This document shows positions 57,201 to 63,200 of a DNA stretch of 64,000 bases, piece after piece (within the stretch, counting starts at the first letter, position 1; the number at the start of each line of letters is the position of its first letter). Position numbers and translations under genes: made by a program. Origin of the DNA: Amoebophrya sp. A120 (lineage: Eukaryota; Protista; Dinoflagellata); assembly GCA_905178155.1 (NCBI GenBank), contig CAJINV010000005.1, positions 5,002,256 to 5,066,255 of the forward strand. Reading direction: 5' to 3'. Under the pieces are notes generated by a model. It was not told the DNA's origin. It did no database searches and saw only the letters and a program-made list of their open reading frames with translations.

Positions 57201-60200
57201 CCCCTTCGCGAACCCGGCGCTTTCAGCCTATTTGTCCGGGGAGAAAACGGCGAAGCGGGATATGTTTTTGACAAAACTAACCCAGACTTTGAAAACCGAA
57301 ATCGTTTCCTACAAACAGTCTCTCGATCCAGCAACAGCGGGCACTGTGGCGGAAAAAGCTCTAGCGGAATCGAATCTCGATCTCGCTTTGTCGCCCCCGA
57401 CGGGCACAGCAGAGCAGGTTGCAGGCTCGTCGTTGACAATTCCACCGACTGCGAAGGTTGCGAAGACTTCTGCTTTCGCTGAAACCAAGTTGTCGATCGA
57501 TTTAGGAACGAACGACCCGACGAAGCGGCCGGATAAAGACACGGTGAGGTCTATGGTACAGAAGGCGGCGGCAGAGTCGCTGCAGGCGAAATTCCCGGAT
57601 ATCACGATCACGCCGGAGATGGTCATGGTTCGATTCCCGCCCAAGGCGGAGTCCGATACTGCGGTTACTTCGACGGAAGAGTTTTCGGTGTCCTTAGCGC
57701 TGCCGAACGTGAACACCATCCCGGCGGCAGAGCAGACGAAATTGCTGGATAGTCTGTCCTCTACATCTTCCGAAGCGTCTTCCTTAACATCTGCCATGGC
57801 GAGTACGGTGCAATCTTTAGGTGTGGAGAACGTCGCGACCGAGATCAAAGAACTTCCCCCGCAGCCGGACGGCACGCCGACGAAACCGCAGTTAACTGGG
57901 ACGGACGGCGGTTCTGTGGACTTATCCCCAACTGAGCCGCCGCCCGGCGCTCCGAGCTTGAACTTCATCGAAGTCCCAGCTTCCATCGTCACCGCGACGA
58001 AAACGGGGATTTCTGATACCCAGATGCAGGGCTTATTGAAGAAAGCGTTGGAGAAAACCGCACTGAAAGAATTGTTCGAGAAGATCGGCGCCGTCCCTTC
58101 TGGCCCGAATAAGACCGAAACAGTGACCGATGTTACTACTGGACAAACGAAAGAAGTGCAGAAACTCGACGCGAGTAAGATCTTCGGAATTGTCATGGAG
58201 CCTTCTACACCAGTAGCTGCCGGTTCCACCGCGACGAAGAGGAATTTCAAAATGACCATTCAGACCCAGGGCTTGACTGCAACACAACTTGGGTTAGTGA
58301 TGGCGGCTTTAGCCGACGCGGCGGACGATTCTGTCTCTACAAAAGCGGATGAATTCGCTTCTGCGATTAAGGAGGAAGTAGTGAAGGAATTGCAGGCGAA
58401 TCCGATTTCTTCTGTCGGCGATCCGGTGAGCGAGATCACAGCCGGGAAGATGGAAACAGCAAATAAAAGACCACAACTTTCCTCTCAAGTCGAAACGAAG
58501 ATCAGGCTGGAGATCAAGAACCAAATTTCCGGCGCACCGCTCAAAGAGGACATCGTGAAGAAGATGCCGATTCAGCTGGCTTTCGCGAAAGCGCTGGAAA
58601 AGGTAACCGGGACGAAGTTGCTGCCAGAACAGGTCGCAGTTCTAGATGTGGCGGACGCGGTGACGATCGGCGCCGACGGCTCAGTGGATATCAACGTTGG
58701 CGTTGCTTCTTCTTCTCCTTCAATTCTGTCCGCGTTGACCGAGGGGGATGGGAACAAGGTGTTCGCGAACGTGTTGCAGGAGATGATTGGCACCGCGATT
58801 ACCGAAGCGGCGAGTAACAACGAGCTGGACCCGTCTGTACCATTATTAGTAACAACCGACACTTCTGCTGGCGTTGTCGCCCCGACGGTGAATACCCAGT
58901 ATGTCGCGACGCAGGTCGGTTTGCCGGCGGTTGCGGCGGCGGCGAAGAATTCTGGGGAGTTAGCGCCGACAATGAGAACAGCCGCGGCGTCGACCGCGGA
59001 GGCGGTTGTCGGTACTACTGGCCCATTACAGGTCGACAGATCCAACGTCGTTGTCGGGTACACGCCGGGAGACGGTTCTGACGCTAGTGGTTTTTCTGCT
59101 ATGGTCTCTGTCCCGGTGAAGTCGATTGTTTCTACCTCAAAGGCGCCGGTGGATCCGCTTGCGGCAACAGCTGCAGCAGCAGCTCCTGCAACACCACCTG
59201 CGAGTGGAGGTACAACAACACCGCCAACAACCACTCCCAGCACTGGCGCGACGACACCAACCGTCGGCGAAACGGCAGTGACTTCCGTCGCTCAAACCGC
59301 GGGATCACTCCTAGACGCACTGAAATCTGCGATGGCCCAGGACTCTCCTGATTTCGCCGCGCCACTTGCGCAGAAGTTGGAAGTCCTTGGCGTGAAGATG
59401 CAGGAGAACGTCGCGGCGGACACACCACCGTTACCAGTCGAGCAGCCGCCAGTGGAGTCCGTTCCGGCCGTTGCAGCTTCTACGGAGAAATCGCAACTGA
59501 CTTATCTCGAAACCTCCATGTCTTTCGTCGACTACATTGAGGAGCCGCCAAAGACAATCACGAAACCGGACGGGACGGTGGAGCAAGTCGATGTTTCGCC
59601 TTCCACAAGCAATAAAAACTTCCTGCAGAAAGAGATCAAGCAGAAGCTTTCCTCAACGACTGAACTGACGAAACTTGCGAAGGAAGCGATTGCGGAAGTT
59701 TTGGTCGAGTCAAGAACAGACCCGGTCACTGGGGAGAAGATCGAAACCGCGGCGCCATTGTTGATTGAAACTTCTGATGGCAGTTTTGAAGTCAAGCCGT
59801 CGGACATAGCGGTGGTTATCCGCGAAGTCCCCGCGACGGTTACGAGGACATTCTCCAACGGCACAACAGTTGAAGTGCAAGTCATGAAGAAGGAGATGTC
59901 ACTGTCTGTGCAGGTGCGGGAAACGGAAGACTCGTCTGAAGCACAAAGACAACTCCTCGCGTTGTTTTCGAAATTGAACCCGAAGGCAAACTCGTTTCAG
60001 GATGCTGTGCAAACCAGGGTGATGGAACTCGCAGTGGAGAAGACGGTTGAGGAGAAGTTGGTGGATACTTCATTACCTCCAGCAGAACAGGCGAAGATCA
60101 AGCAGCAATTCACACAAGAATCGTTAGCGACAATCCAAGCGCCGGAGAACAGAGACAGCTTCCAAACCGCGGCGAAAGTCGAGAAGGAAATTGCATCTGC

Positions 60201-63200
60201 AGCAAGTACCGTCGGTGGGCAAGCGGCGTTTGAGACACCGGGGCTCTTGCCTGCGACGACGGAAAAGGCGAAGGAGGCGACGACGAACGCCTTGAAACGG
60301 GCGGTGAAGGAGACACTGAAGGAAATCGCGGGTCTGGAATTCGTATGCATTGCAAAAGTATCGTACTCGTGCTGATTGCAATCGTGCATGACAAACTGCG
60401 GTCTTAAGCGAAATCAGCATGACAAGCCCCATTTTTCCTTTTGAAAAAATTTGTATTGCAATTTCCACTACTCCTACTGCGATACTTTTGCAATGCATAA
60501 TCCGAACTGGAGCACGTTTCTGTCAAACTCGACCCGGGCACTGCGGAGATCGGCGCACCGTCGTTCTCCTTCTCCATCCCCTCGCAGGGCAACGTCGCGA
60601 CAGCGCTCTTCTCTGAAGGAAGTACGAAAACCGCTAGTTTTACTGATTTGCTAAAGAAAAAGATCAGCAAGCAGTACTTCCAGGCAGCTTCTGATGAAAC
60701 CTCAGATTCCGCCGTTGAGGGGCTGCCGAAGGTGGATGTTTCAAATGTTGACACGACCCTACCCATCGAGGAGCAGGAAGCGTCTTTGATCACGAAACCG
60801 GTGCAGATGACCGGCACGGCGAAACAATCGAGATTTACAGAATCGACTCTGTCCATCGGCCTGGCTTCTCCCGAGCAGGGTGGGCTATTGCCGAAATCGG
60901 AGGACATGCTGAGATCTCTAATCGTGTCCGCGACGATTGATAGCGTGAAAGCACAGGCGAACTTCGACTTAACGCCATCCGATGTGACAGTAGTTTTCGC
61001 CGGGGATGTTGCCGCGATTCTGGAAATGGTTTCCAAGAACGCAACTTTAGCGACCAATTTGGACGCTACCGTGATTGTGGAAGTCGCTGACTCCCCGACG
61101 CCGGATCCGACGACCAAAACGGTCGAAAATTCCGGTGCGAAGGTGCAGCAGATTGTGGATCAATTGACGACACAAGTCACCGGCGAGGACGGAAAGCCGA
61201 AAACGGTTCCTTCAACCGCTTTTGTCACGAAGATCCAGACGGAATTAGAGTCCTTTGGGTTAAAAGTTCCGAACCCACCAGACCCGGACCCGAAGAAGGG
61301 AATGGAGCAATCCGCACCAGCCACAACCGAAGATTCTTGGGTGCCACCGGTGCCGGAGAAACCTCTGTCGTTAGGTGGGGAGAATCCAAACATCGAGCCC
61401 ACGCCTTTGATTGAAACGAACATCAACGTGAATCTCGGTTCGTCCTCCAAGGGTTTGACAGACAACACCGTGCAGGAAATGATAAGAAACGCAGTTGCGG
61501 AATCTTTGGTCGCAGAATCGACCGTCGGAGAACAAGCCGGACAGCCGGCGCAACCAGTGGTTCCCGGATTCCTCGATTTAGTCCTGGAATCCGCTGGGTT
61601 TTCAAAGCAGGAACAACAAGCGATGACAAAGGTTGAGAAAGCAAAAAATGCGGAGAAGTTCATGGAAAGTCAAATTTCCGTGTTTTTCACCGACAAAAAA
61701 CCGAAAGACAAAGCTGGTGGCGAGCAGCGCGCTTGCTCCGTTGTGATCTCCGCGAAGTTGGCGAATTCCACTGTCGTGCTGGATTTGCTGCAGGCTTTAT
61801 CCAAGGAATCTTCCTCCACTAACGATGAGAAGTTCGAAGAAACGTTCACGGCCGCGCTGAAGCAAACCGCATTGCAGACACATTCTATTCCACCTTCCGA
61901 CATTGTCACCGACGTCACCCAGAAATCAGCGAAACCGGTGGAGCAGATTTCCACGAACATCCAGTTCGACTTCGATATTGTCCCCAAAGACCCGACAACC
62001 ACGCCAGTGAACATGATTTCCGACAATACTATCGCCGAAGCGAAGGTTTCGGTCGAGGAAATGAACATGATGTTGCAGGAGTCTGTCGCGTTTGCGTTGA
62101 ACGGTACAAGGGGGATGTCGCTGCAGGCTTCCCAAGTCGCGGTCAACATTTTGGATGACCTCAGTTCCATCATGACGACCGACCCAGCTGATCCGAGTAA
62201 GAAACTCCTACCGTTGGTGCAGAAGTTGAACAAGGGGCAGCCAAATGAATCGTTGAACAGCTTGCTTTCCAACTTGAATTTCACGATCTCCATCCCAGTG
62301 GCGTCTGACACGAACGAGATGATGCATTTGGCGGACGAAACGGCTGGGAACAAGATGTTTTTGAAAGCGGTCCAGAATTCGATGGCGTCGCAGATTCAGA
62401 CATCGAATTTTATCCCAGAAGTGGTAAAACAGGATTTGAAAGTCGAGACGAAAGAGTTGAAAACCACGAGTTCTGTCCCATTAGCCCAGTCGTTCACCGA
62501 AGCGTTTATGGAGATTGACTCGCCGATTTCCGATGAGGAATTGATCGCGACGATCAAGTATCAAATGTAAAAATGTCTGGGTCTGGAAGAATGCACGTTT
62601 GTCATGCTTGTCTGGCATGACTCTTAAATCTGTCATGCGCGTTACGCTAGAGCTCCGTTTTTCTGTGATGCAGAAGCGCAGTTTGTCATGCAGAATAGGC
62701 AACACCTAGGAGCTCAGAAACTTGTCATGCTGAGCCAGCATTTGTAGCCTCATCATGAGACGCCACCCAGCATCACAAGTTTCCAGACCCAGACACTTTT
62801 GCACTTGATATCAAAGGCGCTGCGGCGGATGCGGTGGACACTTTGGTTCCGAACATGCCGAAGGGGGTGGAGCCGAAGGACATCACGGTGTTGATTTTGA
62901 AAACCGAGGGAAACAAGAGGGAGATTGTCGTGCAGACACCAGTGCAGAAAACGTTACCAATTCAAACGGTGGAAGTGGTTGAAGAGGTGACGGTGACGAA
63001 TCCTGATGGCAGTACCACAGTCACACAAGTGACGAAACAAGTAACTTCGGTGAATGTCACTGCGGTTGCGACTGCGGCAGCCGAGGCGGAGTACAAGGGT
63101 TCTGCGAACGAGGTTGCGAACAAAATGTCCGCGGCTAGCTTCATGGTCCCGTTTTCGACGCGTATGGAGGTGAACTTAGATTCTATGTTCACTTTAGACG

